A DNA stretch of 63,881 nt from positions 1 through 63,881 of the forward strand of contig CAOJNP010000003.1 of assembly GCA_948439995.1 (NCBI GenBank), written 5' to 3'. The position numbers and the translations under genes are program-made. Numbering within the stretch: the stretch's first letter is position 1; every line of letters begins with the position of its first letter. The notes under the pieces were generated by a model, which was given only the letters and a program-made list of their open reading frames with translations, was not told the DNA's origin and made no database searches. This stretch comes from an uncultured Erysipelotrichaceae bacterium. Its GTDB lineage: Bacteria > Bacillota_I > Bacilli_A > RF39 > UBA660. Positions 47,716 through 58,213 of the stretch are shown piece by piece.

Positions 47716-48249
47716 TTATTGCAAGTTTTTTTCTTCTTCTATTTTTTGAAATATAATTGGATATTCTTCTCTTAATACTACTTTTGAACTTGGATTTTGC
47801 AAAAAAATTTTAATTTGTGGAATACTAAAATATTTTGCATCTTCTACTTCTTCATCCATAAAATAAAATGAAGTATTGTTTTCCAATTTTAATAAATAAA
47901 TGTCAACTAATTCTTGATTATGTGGATTCTTTGTTCTTTTTATTGTAGTAATAAATTTTACTTTATTTAAATCTATTTGAATTCCTAATTCTTCTTTCGC
48001 TTCTCTTTTTACAGCATCTATAGAATTTTCTAAAGCATGCACATGTCCTGCACTTGAAATATCCCAACATCCTGGATGATTTTCTTTTTGCAAACTTCTT
48101 TTTTGTAAAAGAATTTCATGCTTATCATTAAAAATCCAAGTATGAACAACTCGATGAAAATCGCCACTTTGATGAACATTTTCTCTTGTTTTTACTATTC
48201 CAGTTCGATTGCCATATTGATCTAATACATCAAGATATTCTTTTTCCAT
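47716..48249 (-). CDS. NUDIX hydrolase
   Basis: 177 aa with the Nudix box GHVHALENSIDAVKREAKEELGI. Confidence 0.85.
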   Translation of the reverse strand: MEKEYLDVLDQYGNRTGIVKTRENVHQSGDFHRVVHTWIFNDKHEILLQKRSLQKENHPGCWDISSAGHVHALENSIDAVKREAKEELGIQIDLNKVKFITTIKRTKNPHNQELVDIYLLKLENNTSFYFMDEEVEDAKYFSIPQIKIFLQNPSSKVVLREEYPIIFQKIEEEKNLQ

Positions 48250-48284
48250 ATTGCACCTGCTTTATAATAATATATGATATTAGA

Positions 48285-48740
48285 CTATTTTTGTGTACTT
48301 AGCTTTCGAATTATTTTATATTGTAATGTTTCTATTTTAAGATATATATTATCTACTTCTTGTTTGATTTCTTTTATATTTACTCCACTTTCCATAAGAT
48401 TAGTTAATAAATCATTAATTCCTTTGTCATAATTTCTTTTATTTTTTTCATTGATTTCATGCCAATTAATATTTTTAAAATACTTTATTATTTTCTTATC
48501 ATATGGAATAAGAGATAATTCTAACCATACTGCTATTACTGGATATCCCGGATATCCTTGCCAATAGGTAGCATTATCATTTGATGAAATTTCAAAATCA
48601 TTCCAAAAAATTTGATATTCTTTTTTATAATTAGAAGATTTTACAATTGCCGAATTTTTATTTATTTTAATTCTTTCATCTGCTATAGCACTAAATGCTT
48701 CATATATTTTGGCTTTCGGAGGCATTTTCATTTTTATCAC
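48285..48740 (-). CDS. Hypothetical protein
   Basis: 151-aa ORF. No motif recognised. Confidence 0.45.
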   Translation of the reverse strand: MIKMKMPPKAKIYEAFSAIADERIKINKNSAIVKSSNYKKEYQIFWNDFEISSNDNATYWQGYPGYPVIAVWLELSLIPYDKKIIKYFKNINWHEINEKNKRNYDKGINDLLTNLMESGVNIKEIKQEVDNIYLKIETLQYKIIRKLSTQK

Positions 48741-48780
48741 CTATTATATTATACCATTTATTATCACATAAAAAAGAACT

Positions 48781-49695
48781 TTAATTTGTTCCTTTAAAAA
48801 TTCTTTTTAACCAATTTATAATAGCAAAACAAACACAATTTCGATTTTTTCTTTCGATTGATAAATCAACTTCTTTTGCAAATCCTTTTATATTTAATTC
48901 ATAAGGTGCTTCAATTCCTTTTAAATCATTTGTTTTTATTATTTCCACTTTTTGATTACAGTATTCTCGTATTATTTCTTTTGCATTTTCTTCTTTGTAA
49001 AGTGGACCGTTTAAAAATAATTGTTCTCCTACTTTATATTTTAATTCAATTTTTTCTGGTGGCTTTGGTGTTTCATCTGGTTCTAAATGATTTAATCCAT
49101 TTTTTCTGATAATTTCTGGATAATCATAAAATGCTTTGTCTCCATCTACTCTAGTGTCAATTCCAGGAATTCGTTCATCGTCGGTATATTGCCACATTCC
49201 ACTTCTCCCACGATAATTAAAATTGCTTCCCCATTCTGCAACCCATTTATCATATGGAGCTAATTCTTCTGAATTTAAAATGCCATTTAAAACAGATAAG
49301 CTTGCATAAATTCCCACATAATAACCAGCTTCTTCCATTTTCTCGCAATAATATTTTACAATTTCTACTAATCTTTCTTTTGGCAAAACAAGTTGACTTC
49401 TATCTTCTACATCTATAAATACGGGATATTCTAATTTTTTATCTCGAATTAACCTTAAAGTATGATCCACTTCACTTTGTGCCATATTTATATTAGTAGC
49501 ATAACTATAAAGATATGTACCATAAGGAATGTTAAGTTTTGTACATTCTTCTACATTTCTTTCAAAAAATGGATCATCTTGACTAATAATATTATTTCCA
49601 TATCCACAGCGTATAATTGCAAAATCGATATGTGGTTTTGCAAGATTCCAATTTATTGTTCCTTGATATTTTGATACATCGATTCCTTTACGCAC
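48781..49695 (-). CDS. GH25 muramidase (lysozyme) with a C-terminal extra domain, no signal peptide
   Basis: GIDVSKYQGTINW...DFAIIRCGYG...YGTYLYSYA is typical of GH25. The C-terminal ~90 aa are uncharacterised and could be a wall-binding domain. Confidence 0.8.
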   Translation of the reverse strand: MRKGIDVSKYQGTINWNLAKPHIDFAIIRCGYGNNIISQDDPFFERNVEECTKLNIPYGTYLYSYATNINMAQSEVDHTLRLIRDKKLEYPVFIDVEDRSQLVLPKERLVEIVKYYCEKMEEAGYYVGIYASLSVLNGILNSEELAPYDKWVAEWGSNFNYRGRSGMWQYTDDERIPGIDTRVDGDKAFYDYPEIIRKNGLNHLEPDETPKPPEKIELKYKVGEQLFLNGPLYKEENAKEIIREYCNQKVEIIKTNDLKGIEAPYELNIKGFAKEVDLSIERKNRNCVCFAIINWLKRIFKGTN

Positions 49696-49750
49696 ATTTT
49701 CACCTCCTATTATTGTTTATGTAAAAAAGGCGTCTGTGCGTAGTTTTTTG

Positions 49751-50794
49751 TCACTTTTTTATATTATTTGCATAAATACTTATTGCGGTTGGTAAGGAAT
49801 ATTTTGTTTCTAATTCTTCTTTGGTTACCCATATAAAACTATTTTCTGGTACGGATGTACAATGAATATAGTATCCTACCATATGCCATTCTAAATGTGA
49901 AAATATATGTTTTGTTTCTTTTAATAATTCTATATTCACATAATCTATTTTGATTTGTTTTAAATATTTTTTTAATTGATTTATTGAATATTTTTCTTCT
50001 AAAGAATAAAATTCATATAACGAAGCTAAAAGTCCTTTATTTGGTCGCTTTTGTATCGCAATTTTGTCGTGGTATTCTAAAATCAAAATCGTTTTTTCTT
50101 CTATTTTTCTTTTCTCTAATTTTTTCTTAACTGGATAATTTAACATGGTTTTATTTTTAAAACTTTTACATAAAAATGACAACGGACATGAATCACAAAG
50201 TGGATTACCATTGGGTAGACAAATCAGTGCTCCAAGTTCCATTAAGCTTTCTGTAAAATCTCTTGTATTTTCTGGCATTATTTTCGATAATTTAAAAAAA
50301 TAATCATCTCTTACTTTTTTATTCATGATATCTCTATCGTCTTCATAAATTCTTGTCATGACTCGTAATACATTTCCATCAATTGCTGGAGTTTTTAATT
50401 GATAAGCAATCGATCCAATGGAAGCAGCCGCATAAGGTCCAATCCCAGGCAATTTTTTTAATTCTTCATAATCTCTTGGTAATTCTTTCTTTCCTTGAAG
50501 AACTAAATATTTCGCGCATTTTTGGAGATTTCTCGCTCGACTATAATATCCTAGACCTTCCCATAATTTTAATAATTGATCTTCTTCTATGGCTGCTAAA
50601 TCTTGTAATGTTGGTACGACTTTTAAAAATCGTTTGTAATATTCTTTTACTGCTTCTACTCTTGTTTGCTGTAGCATAATTTCCGATATCCAAATTTGAT
50701 AAGAATCATTCGTTTTTCTCCATGGTAAATCTCTTTTTTCTTTTTGAAACCATTTTATTAATGGTTTCACTATTTGTTCTATTTCTACATTCAT
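49751..50794 (-). CDS. mutY: A/G-specific adenine DNA glycosylase MutY
   Basis: 347 aa with an HhH-GPD region (LPGIGPYAAASI), Fe-S cysteines (CxxxxxxCxxCxxxxxC: CLPNGNPLCDSCPLSFLC) and a C-terminal NUDIX-like domain. Confidence 0.85.
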   Translation of the reverse strand: MNVEIEQIVKPLIKWFQKEKRDLPWRKTNDSYQIWISEIMLQQTRVEAVKEYYKRFLKVVPTLQDLAAIEEDQLLKLWEGLGYYSRARNLQKCAKYLVLQGKKELPRDYEELKKLPGIGPYAAASIGSIAYQLKTPAIDGNVLRVMTRIYEDDRDIMNKKVRDDYFFKLSKIMPENTRDFTESLMELGALICLPNGNPLCDSCPLSFLCKSFKNKTMLNYPVKKKLEKRKIEEKTILILEYHDKIAIQKRPNKGLLASLYEFYSLEEKYSINQLKKYLKQIKIDYVNIELLKETKHIFSHLEWHMVGYYIHCTSVPENSFIWVTKEELETKYSLPTAISIYANNIKK

Positions 50795-50994
50795 AATCTC
50801 ACTTTTTATAGTGTATCATATTTTTTCTTTTTTTAATGATAAATTATAGTGTTATAAAGTGTAAATATGAAAGTATTACTTTTAATTTTTATCAAGATAT
50901 TAATATATTCGAAAATGTAATATTAATTAACATTTTAAGAAATTTTGCAAAATTTTTATTAATCTACTTAGATAATATCATTTTTAAATTTATT

Positions 50995-51906
50995 TTATTC
51001 TTTATCATATATTCTAAAATTAGATTCTCTTTGAATTGCACTTCCATATTCAAAAATATAAGACATACCAAACAAAAATAAAATATATATAAATTGAGAT
51101 AATTCAAATTCTACTTCTAAATCAATTGATGTAATCCATTCCATTAAGAAGCCACCAAATGTTGGTATTAAAATTGCTGCTAACATAAAGTAAGCAACTT
51201 TTTTAATAAAATGAACATTTTCTAGAGTAAATGGTGTGTCTCCTTGATAAATATTTTGAAATAATTTTTCTAAGTTTTTAAAAGTATAAAATAAAAATAC
51301 TAAATATAGAATAAGAAACATAAAAGCAACTTCTATTAATGCTGTTAATGATAGAATTGTGTGATTTTTAGTAACTTCAAAAATTTTTCTAATCATTTCA
51401 TGATTCGGATCTTCTATTGAAATTGATTTATCATTATAGCTTAATTCAATTTTCTTTTCTTCTAACTGATAAAAAATTCTTTCATCAAAAATAATGATTT
51501 CATTTTTTTCTAATTTCGTATTATTTGCTATCACTAAAGTTGTTATCATAGTAATTATTACTGCAATAATTGCACCACAAATTAATATTTTTCCAAATTT
51601 AGATAACATAAATATTGCTTTACTTATTTTTTTCATTTTTTGTTGTTTATCTTTATGGAATTGAATTACGTTTTGTTTTACTTCTTTATCTAATAAATCA
51701 ATATCTATAAAATCTTCTTGTACTAAATCATTTATATTGCAATGAAAAATTTTACATAATTTTAATATATTTTCCATTTCTGGATAACTTTCTGAGCATT
51801 CCCATTTTGATACACTTTGTCTTGAAACTCCTACTTTTTCTGCAAGACGTTCTTGAGACATTTTTTTTCTAGTTCTTAGTGTTTTTAAATTTTCGCCAAA
51901 TTTCAT
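50995..51906 (-). CDS. XRE-family HTH regulator fused to a multi-pass membrane domain (DUF2975-like)
   Basis: N-terminal LKTLRTRKKMSQERLAEKVGVSRQSVSKWE followed by about 5 TM helices. The start at MKFGENL is preceded by a gaaaggaaa RBS. Confidence 0.7.
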   Translation of the reverse strand: MKFGENLKTLRTRKKMSQERLAEKVGVSRQSVSKWECSESYPEMENILKLCKIFHCNINDLVQEDFIDIDLLDKEVKQNVIQFHKDKQQKMKKISKAIFMLSKFGKILICGAIIAVIITMITTLVIANNTKLEKNEIIIFDERIFYQLEEKKIELSYNDKSISIEDPNHEMIRKIFEVTKNHTILSLTALIEVAFMFLILYLVFLFYTFKNLEKLFQNIYQGDTPFTLENVHFIKKVAYFMLAAILIPTFGGFLMEWITSIDLEVEFELSQFIYILFLFGMSYIFEYGSAIQRESNFRIYDKE

Positions 51907-51991
51907 AATTTTTTTCCTTTCTTGTCTTGCATTTGATTTTACTATTTTTTTCTTTTTTTCTTCTACCAACTTTTAGTTGCACTTTATCTTT

Positions 51992-52336
51992 TTAAGAATT
52001 AATATCTAATTCATTTATTAATGGGATAATATCTATTACGGGTTCTTCATATGGATGAACTTTTTTTATAATTGCTAAAATTTTTTTTACATTAGTAATG
52101 TCACAAGTTGTTTCTAATTTTATTTCTTTTATAAATTCTAACTTATTTTTTTCTCCAATATAAGGTTTTGCTTTTTCATTTGGCTTAAAAGTTCCATGAC
52201 ATTTTGTTGAAATAGTACAGAAACTATAATTTCCTATTAACCCTGCACCATTTTTGCAAATTGCATTTCTTAAATCATCTACATTTTCTTCTGGAATAGT
52301 AACTGATATCTTTACTTTTGTTATATTTATATTCAT
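51992..52336 (-). CDS. Small PII-like protein resembling the YqfO/NIF3 insert domain (COG3323-like)
   Basis: 114 aa. VKISVTIPEENVDDLRNAI...GNYSFC...HPYEEPVIDIIPL fits that family pattern from memory. Unverified. Confidence 0.4.
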   Translation of the reverse strand: MNINITKVKISVTIPEENVDDLRNAICKNGAGLIGNYSFCTISTKCHGTFKPNEKAKPYIGEKNKLEFIKEIKLETTCDITNVKKILAIIKKVHPYEEPVIDIIPLINELDINS

Positions 52337-52450
52337 TATTATATCTCCTCTTTTTTATTATTTGCATCAATTTTATTTTCATGAATTTTTTATCTTTATC
52401 TTTATTTTTTTAATTTCATGATATTATAATTTTAGAAAGAAGTATATATA

Positions 52451-53062
52451 ATGAAAATATATAATAAAAATGAACTAGATCTTTTAGCAAATATTCTAAA
52501 AAATGATGGAGTAATTAGTGTCCCAACTGATACAGTATATGGATTATGTACTCAAATTTATTCAACAACTGCTTTTGAAAAACTGAAACATATTAAAAAA
52601 CGTCCATCTGATAAACCTTTTCCTGTTATGTGTGCTACAAAAGAACAAATGAAACAGATTGCAATAATAGAGGAATGGGAAGAAAAATTAATCGATCATT
52701 TTATGCCTGGACCTATTACCTTAGTGTTAAATAAGAAATCCAGTGTACTTCAATATGTCAATAATAAAGGAACCAGTATTACAACAGAGTTTGCACTTCG
52801 AATAGCTCCTACAAAAGCATTAAGCAGCTTAATTTCAAAAGTAGGAAGTCCTATTTTTATGACAAGTGCAAATGAAAACGGAAAACCTAGCTGTCAAAGT
52901 ATAGAAGAAATTATAAAAACTTTTCCTAATCTGGATGGAATATTAGAAGGAAATGTATCTTATGGAGAAGCAAGTACCATTGTTGATTGTACATCAAATA
53001 AAATTAAAATTCAAAGACAGGGTCCCATTTCAGAAGAACAAATTATGAAAATATTAAAATAA
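52451..53062 (+). CDS. tsaC: L-threonylcarbamoyladenylate synthase (YrdC/Sua5 domain, TsaC-type)
   Basis: 203 aa with VISVPTDTVYGL, KKRPSDKPF and PIFMTSAN motifs. Confidence 0.85.
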   Translation: MKIYNKNELDLLANILKNDGVISVPTDTVYGLCTQIYSTTAFEKLKHIKKRPSDKPFPVMCATKEQMKQIAIIEEWEEKLIDHFMPGPITLVLNKKSSVLQYVNNKGTSITTEFALRIAPTKALSSLISKVGSPIFMTSANENGKPSCQSIEEIIKTFPNLDGILEGNVSYGEASTIVDCTSNKIKIQRQGPISEEQIMKILK

Positions 53063-53596
53063 ATTTATAAAGCTTTTACAAGCAATACTTTATTAGATAA
53101 AAAAAAATAAGCCATTCATTTTCTCTTAAACAATTGTAACTTTTAATTATTAATTATCCTAATCTGTCGATTATTTAATAGGTTTAAGAACATGATCAAG
53201 TCAGTGTTCGTAACAACTTAATAGATTATTATAATACTTTTTTAAAGTGACCATTTTCATAAGTGCTTTTTTAACACATAAGGAAAATTCTAAAAGCTCT
53301 ATGCTTATTTTTTTATAAACCTTCTTTTCAAACAAGAAAAAATACCATATCAAGAGTTATATAGAATAAATTTGTAATATAAAACTCACACGAGGGTGTG
53401 AGTAATTTTCTCAATGGAGCGAATGGCGTAGATATCTACAACTTTTTTCACTTTTTAACGATTTGATATATAAAATATCAATCACTAGTAATATTTTAAC
53501 ACAAATTTATCTTAATGTCTCGGAAAAATATATATTTTATGCTATAATATATTACATGTAAAAAATCTATATATCAATATACAAGGAGGTGTTACA

Positions 53597-54583
53597 ATGA
53601 ATATAGTTTCTTTATTTAGTGGAGCAGGAGGTCTAGATTTGGGATTTGAAAAAGCTGGGTTTAAAACAATTTGGGCAAATGAATATGATCCTAAGATTTG
53701 GGAAACATTTGAAACAAATTTTCCTAATACTGTTTTAGATAGAAGAAGTATTGTTAATATTAAAGCTGAAGAAATTCCAGAATCAGATGGTATAATTGGT
53801 GGGCCACCATGTCAAAGTTGGTCTGAAGCAGGAGCTGGTAGAGGTATTAATGATTCAAGAGGAAAATTATTTTATGATTATATTAGAATTCTTAAACTTA
53901 AACAACCAAAGTTCTTCTTAGTAGAAAATGTGCCTGGAATATTGAATCCTAAACATAAAGAAGCTTTTGATGGTTTTATCAAAGAATTTACAAAAGCAGG
54001 TTATAATGTTAATTATCAATTAGTAAATGCAAATGATTTTGATGTTCCTGAAGATAGAAATCGTGTAATAATTGTGGGATTTAGAAAAGATTTAAAAAAG
54101 AAATTTATATTTCCATCTCCACAAGAAAAAAAGTTAACACTGAAAGATGCTATATCTGATTTAGGAGAACCTTTACCAGCTAAAGATAAAAACAAAACAA
54201 ATGGAGATAATTTAAATTTTCCAAATCATGAATATTTTATTGGTAGCTATTCAACAATTTATATGTCTAGAAATAGAGTTAGAAGTTGGGATGAACCATC
54301 ATTTACTATTCAAGCTGGTGCTAGACATGCACCAATTCATCCACAAGCTCCTAAAATGCAGTTTATATCACAAAATAAGAGAATATTTGTACCAGGGAAA
54401 GAAAATTTGTACAGAAGATTAAGCGTTCGTGAATGTGCTAGAATACAAACATTTCCAGATAGTTATATATTTAAGTATAATGATTTATCTGATGCATACA
54501 AGATGATTGGAAATGCTGTTCCAGTTAATTTAGCATATTATATTGCGTTAAAAATAAAGGAGGATTTATGCCAAGACAAATAA
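53597..54583 (+). CDS. DNA (cytosine-5)-methyltransferase, M.HaeIII-like
   Basis: 328 aa with [11 protein letters not shown] (motif I), GGPPCQSWS (motif IV), ENV and a C-terminal [10 protein letters not shown]. Long stretches match my recollection of M.HaeIII (GGCC), e.g. [27 protein letters not shown] and LYRRL.VRECAR.Q.FPD. Confidence 0.85.
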   Translation: MNIVSLFSGAGGLDLGFEKAGFKTIWANEYDPKIWETFETNFPNTVLDRRSIVNIKAEEIPESDGIIGGPPCQSWSEAGAGRGINDSRGKLFYDYIRILKLKQPKFFLVENVPGILNPKHKEAFDGFIKEFTKAGYNVNYQLVNANDFDVPEDRNRVIIVGFRKDLKKKFIFPSPQEKKLTLKDAISDLGEPLPAKDKNKTNGDNLNFPNHEYFIGSYSTIYMSRNRVRSWDEPSFTIQAGARHAPIHPQAPKMQFISQNKRIFVPGKENLYRRLSVRECARIQTFPDSYIFKYNDLSDAYKMIGNAVPVNLAYYIALKIKEDLCQDK

Positions 54584-55533
54584 CTAATCATTCTACTACG
54601 AATGGAAAAGCTTATGAATATGCTTGTGTTATTTCACTTCAAGAGATAGTATCTAAATATAGAAATGTAATAATTGAAGAAAATTCAAGTATGAAAATAG
54701 CAAGAGAAAGATTTAATAGTATATCTGAAAATGAAAGAAATACAATGTTAAAGTCTGCTAGTGCTGGAATAAATGCAATATTAACTATGGAGCCAAGAAT
54801 AATAGAAGATGGTTCAGATGACTTGAAAATTTCATTGCAATCAGATGATGCAGGAATTAGTGGAGATGTAAGGGATGTACTTGTTATTAGAAAATCGATT
54901 GATTGGGAAATTGGTATTTCAGTAAAACACAATCATTATGCATTGAAACATTCAAGATTATCTATGGATTTAGATTTTGGAAAGAAATGGTTTAATATTC
55001 CATGTTCTAAAGATTATTTTGATGAAATAAAACCGTACTTTGAAGAGTTAAAACAATTAAAACAACAAAAAGTAATGTGGCGTGAAATTGATGATAAAGA
55101 TAGAAAATTTTATGTACCAATATTAAAAGCTTTTATGGAAGAATTAAATAGAAAATATAAAGAATACGATTCTGAAGTTACTAAAAAAATGATAAGTTAT
55201 TTAATAGGTATTAACGATTTTTATAAGTTAATCGGTATTGACTCACAAAGAATTACTAGAATTATACCTTTTAATATGTATGGTACTTTAAATCAAGCTG
55301 CTAAAGTTAATAAACCAGAACAAGAAGTTCAAATACTAGAATTACCAACACGCATAGTAGAATTAGACTTTAAGAAAAACTCTACAACAACATTAGAGCT
55401 TATAATGGATAATGGTTGGCAAATATCTTTTAGAATTCATAATGCAAGTAGTAAAGTTGAGCCTAGTTTAAAATTTGATGTTCAATTAGTTGGGCAACCA
55501 ACTGCATTATTTGTTATAGATATGCCTTGGTAA
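54568..55533 (+). CDS. Type II restriction endonuclease (probable cognate, HaeIII-family sized)
   Basis: 321 aa with a 16-nt overlap with the methyltransferase and an aaggagga RBS. The assignment rests on context. I cannot verify the fold by eye. Confidence 0.6.
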   Translation: MPRQITNHSTTNGKAYEYACVISLQEIVSKYRNVIIEENSSMKIARERFNSISENERNTMLKSASAGINAILTMEPRIIEDGSDDLKISLQSDDAGISGDVRDVLVIRKSIDWEIGISVKHNHYALKHSRLSMDLDFGKKWFNIPCSKDYFDEIKPYFEELKQLKQQKVMWREIDDKDRKFYVPILKAFMEELNRKYKEYDSEVTKKMISYLIGINDFYKLIGIDSQRITRIIPFNMYGTLNQAAKVNKPEQEVQILELPTRIVELDFKKNSTTTLELIMDNGWQISFRIHNASSKVEPSLKFDVQLVGQPTALFVIDMPW

Positions 55534-55549
55534 ATGGAGTGTGAAGTAA

Positions 55550-55711
55550 ATGAGTGATACAATAATAGCAGCAATTATTACAGGAGTAGTTTCATTAATA
55601 GTTGGATTTGCTTCTGGCTATACATGCTGTATAAAGTTTAACAAAAAATACAATCAAAAAGCTAGAGATAATGCGACACAAATCCAAGTTGGTGATATAA
55701 ATGCCAAGTAA
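55550..55711 (+). CDS. Small single-TM protein (53 aa, below the ORF-track cutoff)
   Basis: ATG at 55550, 11 nt after ggag. MSDTIIAAIITGVVSLIVGFASGYTCCIKFNKKYNQKARDNATQIQVGDINAK. The 3' end overlaps the next gene by 11 nt. Confidence 0.5.
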   Translation: MSDTIIAAIITGVVSLIVGFASGYTCCIKFNKKYNQKARDNATQIQVGDINAK

Positions 55712-56780
55712 AAATCAAAAAGCTGGTGATAATGCAACACAAATTCAAGCTGGTTTAATTCAAATTGGAATCGATGAAAAAAGAGTAAGAGAAATAATAA
55801 AAGAAGAAAATCAACTAGCATTAAAAGAAAAAAGCATAATAGCTGAAGAAACGGCTCTCAAAAGGCTAGATGAATATACAAATGTATTAGTTCCTAAATT
55901 AGTAAAAGCTGAAATGCTAGAAGCCTTTACTGATCCATCTATTCAAATTTTATTTAAGCAATCTGAAAAAACGGCTTTTTGTACTGATAGAGAAAAAGAT
56001 TATGAGATTTTATCGGAATTACTTATTCATAGAATTAAAAGAAATGGCAATTATACAACCAGTGCTGCAATAGAAAAAGCAATTAATGAAGTAAATAATT
56101 TATCAGAAGATGCATTATTAGGATTAACATTATATTTTTCAATAGAAACATATACTCCTGTAACTGGCGATGTACGAAAAGGTTTATCTATCTTAGATAA
56201 TTTATATGGTAAGATAATAAAAGATACTACAATAAATTTAAATGATGAATCTTGGATTGAGAATTTGGAAATTACTAATTCAATTAAAATAAATCCATTT
56301 TCTACTAGCAAAAAACTTGATGATTATTATTTTAGTGCTTTTAATGGATATGCTTGCTTAGGAATTAAAAAGGATTCTGAAAATTATAATAAAGCATTAG
56401 AGATATTAAGGTCAAATAATTTGCCATTAAATATATTAACGGAAAATATATTAGATAATAATTATGTCAGAATAGATAAATTAAATCTAAATGATTTTAA
56501 AAATATAAATTTACCTTTACAAGGAAGTTTAAATTTAAAATTAGATCTTAATGAAAAGCAAGAGGAAGCATTAAAGCAAATTACAGCACTTTATGAACAA
56601 AATGGTAGCATAAAAGAAAGATTTATTGAATTATTAAACTCATATAAATATATTCATGCTGTAATTTGTTGGTGGAACAATAATATGTTAAAAAAGTCTT
56701 TTACTATAACACCAATAGGAAAAGTAATTGCTCATACAAATGCTAAAAGTATAGATAATTCACTTCCTGATTTAAATTAA
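55701..56780 (+). CDS. Hypothetical 359-aa protein co-oriented with the R-M genes
   Basis: ggtga RBS. The N-terminus MPSKNQKAGDNATQIQAG repeats the C-terminus of the preceding small ORF. No catalytic motif recognised. Confidence 0.6.
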   Translation: MPSKNQKAGDNATQIQAGLIQIGIDEKRVREIIKEENQLALKEKSIIAEETALKRLDEYTNVLVPKLVKAEMLEAFTDPSIQILFKQSEKTAFCTDREKDYEILSELLIHRIKRNGNYTTSAAIEKAINEVNNLSEDALLGLTLYFSIETYTPVTGDVRKGLSILDNLYGKIIKDTTINLNDESWIENLEITNSIKINPFSTSKKLDDYYFSAFNGYACLGIKKDSENYNKALEILRSNNLPLNILTENILDNNYVRIDKLNLNDFKNINLPLQGSLNLKLDLNEKQEEALKQITALYEQNGSIKERFIELLNSYKYIHAVICWWNNNMLKKSFTITPIGKVIAHTNAKSIDNSLPDLN

Positions 56781-56800
56781 AAGATGATAAAGAGCATTAC

Positions 56801-58183
56801 TTATCGCTCAATATCATCTTTTTCTATTGTAGGTTTATTTTTATTATTTGTATTTTTGTTGTCTTGAAGAAGATTGAAGTCTTCTTCATCTAAAGCTCCA
56901 TGCTCATATAATTCTTTAGCAAACTCCATATATTTTTCTTTATCTTTATTTCTATAAATTCTATCCATAAGAAATTTAACAAGATTATAAATTAAATTTT
57001 TAAGATGTTTTACAGCAGATTTTAACAGACTGTTTTCTTCTTTTAAATCATTGATATTTTCATCTTTAGATTTGATTTTATCTTTCAAACTATCAACTTC
57101 AGAATTAAGTTCTTCATTGTTTTTTAATAATAATCTAATTCGATCACGATTGTTAAGAAGCTCACTTTCTACTTCTTTTAAAGTAACAGATAACTCTTGA
57201 ATGCTTTCATATTCCATAATAGTTTTATCAATTAAATCAATGAAAACAATAGCTTTATCTCTATCGACTACATCTAAGACTAATTGGTTTTTAATTAACC
57301 CTTTAGTCTTTAAATTTTCAAGCATATCTCTAATTTCTTTTGTACTATTTTTTAAATTATCAGTTTTGTCTTTTGCTTTATTCAAAGTATTTTGATGTAT
57401 TTCAAGAGATTTTTTCATCTTTTGATAGTTTTCCATTTCTGATATATGATAATCACGATTTCGACCTTTTAATTTAGGTTTTAACTTATAATTAGTATGA
57501 TATTCTTTGTTGAAAGATTCCATACAACGAACTCTGATTTTATCTTGAATTTTTGTTAATGTTTCTTTAGTAAAGACATCAGATTTTCCAACTTGTTTAG
57601 ACATACCATACTTATTTTTAACTTTAATTGGAACACCAATTATATGAAGATGTGGACTTGTTTCATTATAATGAATTATAGCACTTGCTATCTTAAAATC
57701 AGGAACTAATTCTTCTAAACTTTTAATTTGTTCTTCGAATACATTAGTCATTTTCTTTTTATAGTCCATATCTTTTGTACTCCAAAATTCCATATCTCCA
57801 AGTTCAATAATTATCTCACAAGCTAAATCCTTTTTGGTGTTATTGCTAACATGAGTGAAATAATCTTTTATCTTTCTATCATCACGAATTTGTTTATTAT
57901 TATATTCAATTCTTGCTTCTTCAAACTCATCCTTATATAATTTTTTAACATCATTTACGATTGAGTTAGAGCCTCTAATAATTTCAATATCATACTCTCT
58001 GTCGTCATACTTTCTACAATTATGATTGTCACATTTTGATAGTCCTGCTACATTTTGAATAGCATTATTACTATTAGATGTTGTACCACTTAAATTAGAT
58101 TTTGCACTTGCTTTACTATTATTTTTCTTATTTTTATCATTACTTAAATGGAAAGAGTATCCTAAACTAGGTATATAAATCAT
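56801..58183 (-). CDS. MobV-family (Mob_Pre) relaxase
   Basis: 460 aa with an HNCRK (HxxR-type) motif and IIHYNETSPHLHIIGVPI (HxDE..PHxH-type, the 3-His motif), followed by a long coiled-coil tail. Confidence 0.75.
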   Translation of the reverse strand: MIYIPSLGYSFHLSNDKNKKNNSKASAKSNLSGTTSNSNNAIQNVAGLSKCDNHNCRKYDDREYDIEIIRGSNSIVNDVKKLYKDEFEEARIEYNNKQIRDDRKIKDYFTHVSNNTKKDLACEIIIELGDMEFWSTKDMDYKKKMTNVFEEQIKSLEELVPDFKIASAIIHYNETSPHLHIIGVPIKVKNKYGMSKQVGKSDVFTKETLTKIQDKIRVRCMESFNKEYHTNYKLKPKLKGRNRDYHISEMENYQKMKKSLEIHQNTLNKAKDKTDNLKNSTKEIRDMLENLKTKGLIKNQLVLDVVDRDKAIVFIDLIDKTIMEYESIQELSVTLKEVESELLNNRDRIRLLLKNNEELNSEVDSLKDKIKSKDENINDLKEENSLLKSAVKHLKNLIYNLVKFLMDRIYRNKDKEKYMEFAKELYEHGALDEEDFNLLQDNKNTNNKNKPTIEKDDIER

Positions 58184-58213
58184 AGCTCCTTTCTTTGTGT
58201 GTTTTTAGCTATA

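Noticed and set aside
48781-49695. A prophage inferred from the endolysin-like GH25 gene.
   Set aside because: No phage structural, packaging, holin or integrase genes are adjacent, and both flanks are housekeeping genes.
53388-53405. ctcacac-gagg-gtgtgag hairpin sharing cacgagggt with the recombinase relic at 45062-45070, considered as a remnant of another recombinase N-terminus.
   Set aside because: Only about 10 nt match and no reading frame continues on either side. It could be chance, or part of an att site. It is mentioned under the element boundary but not annotated.
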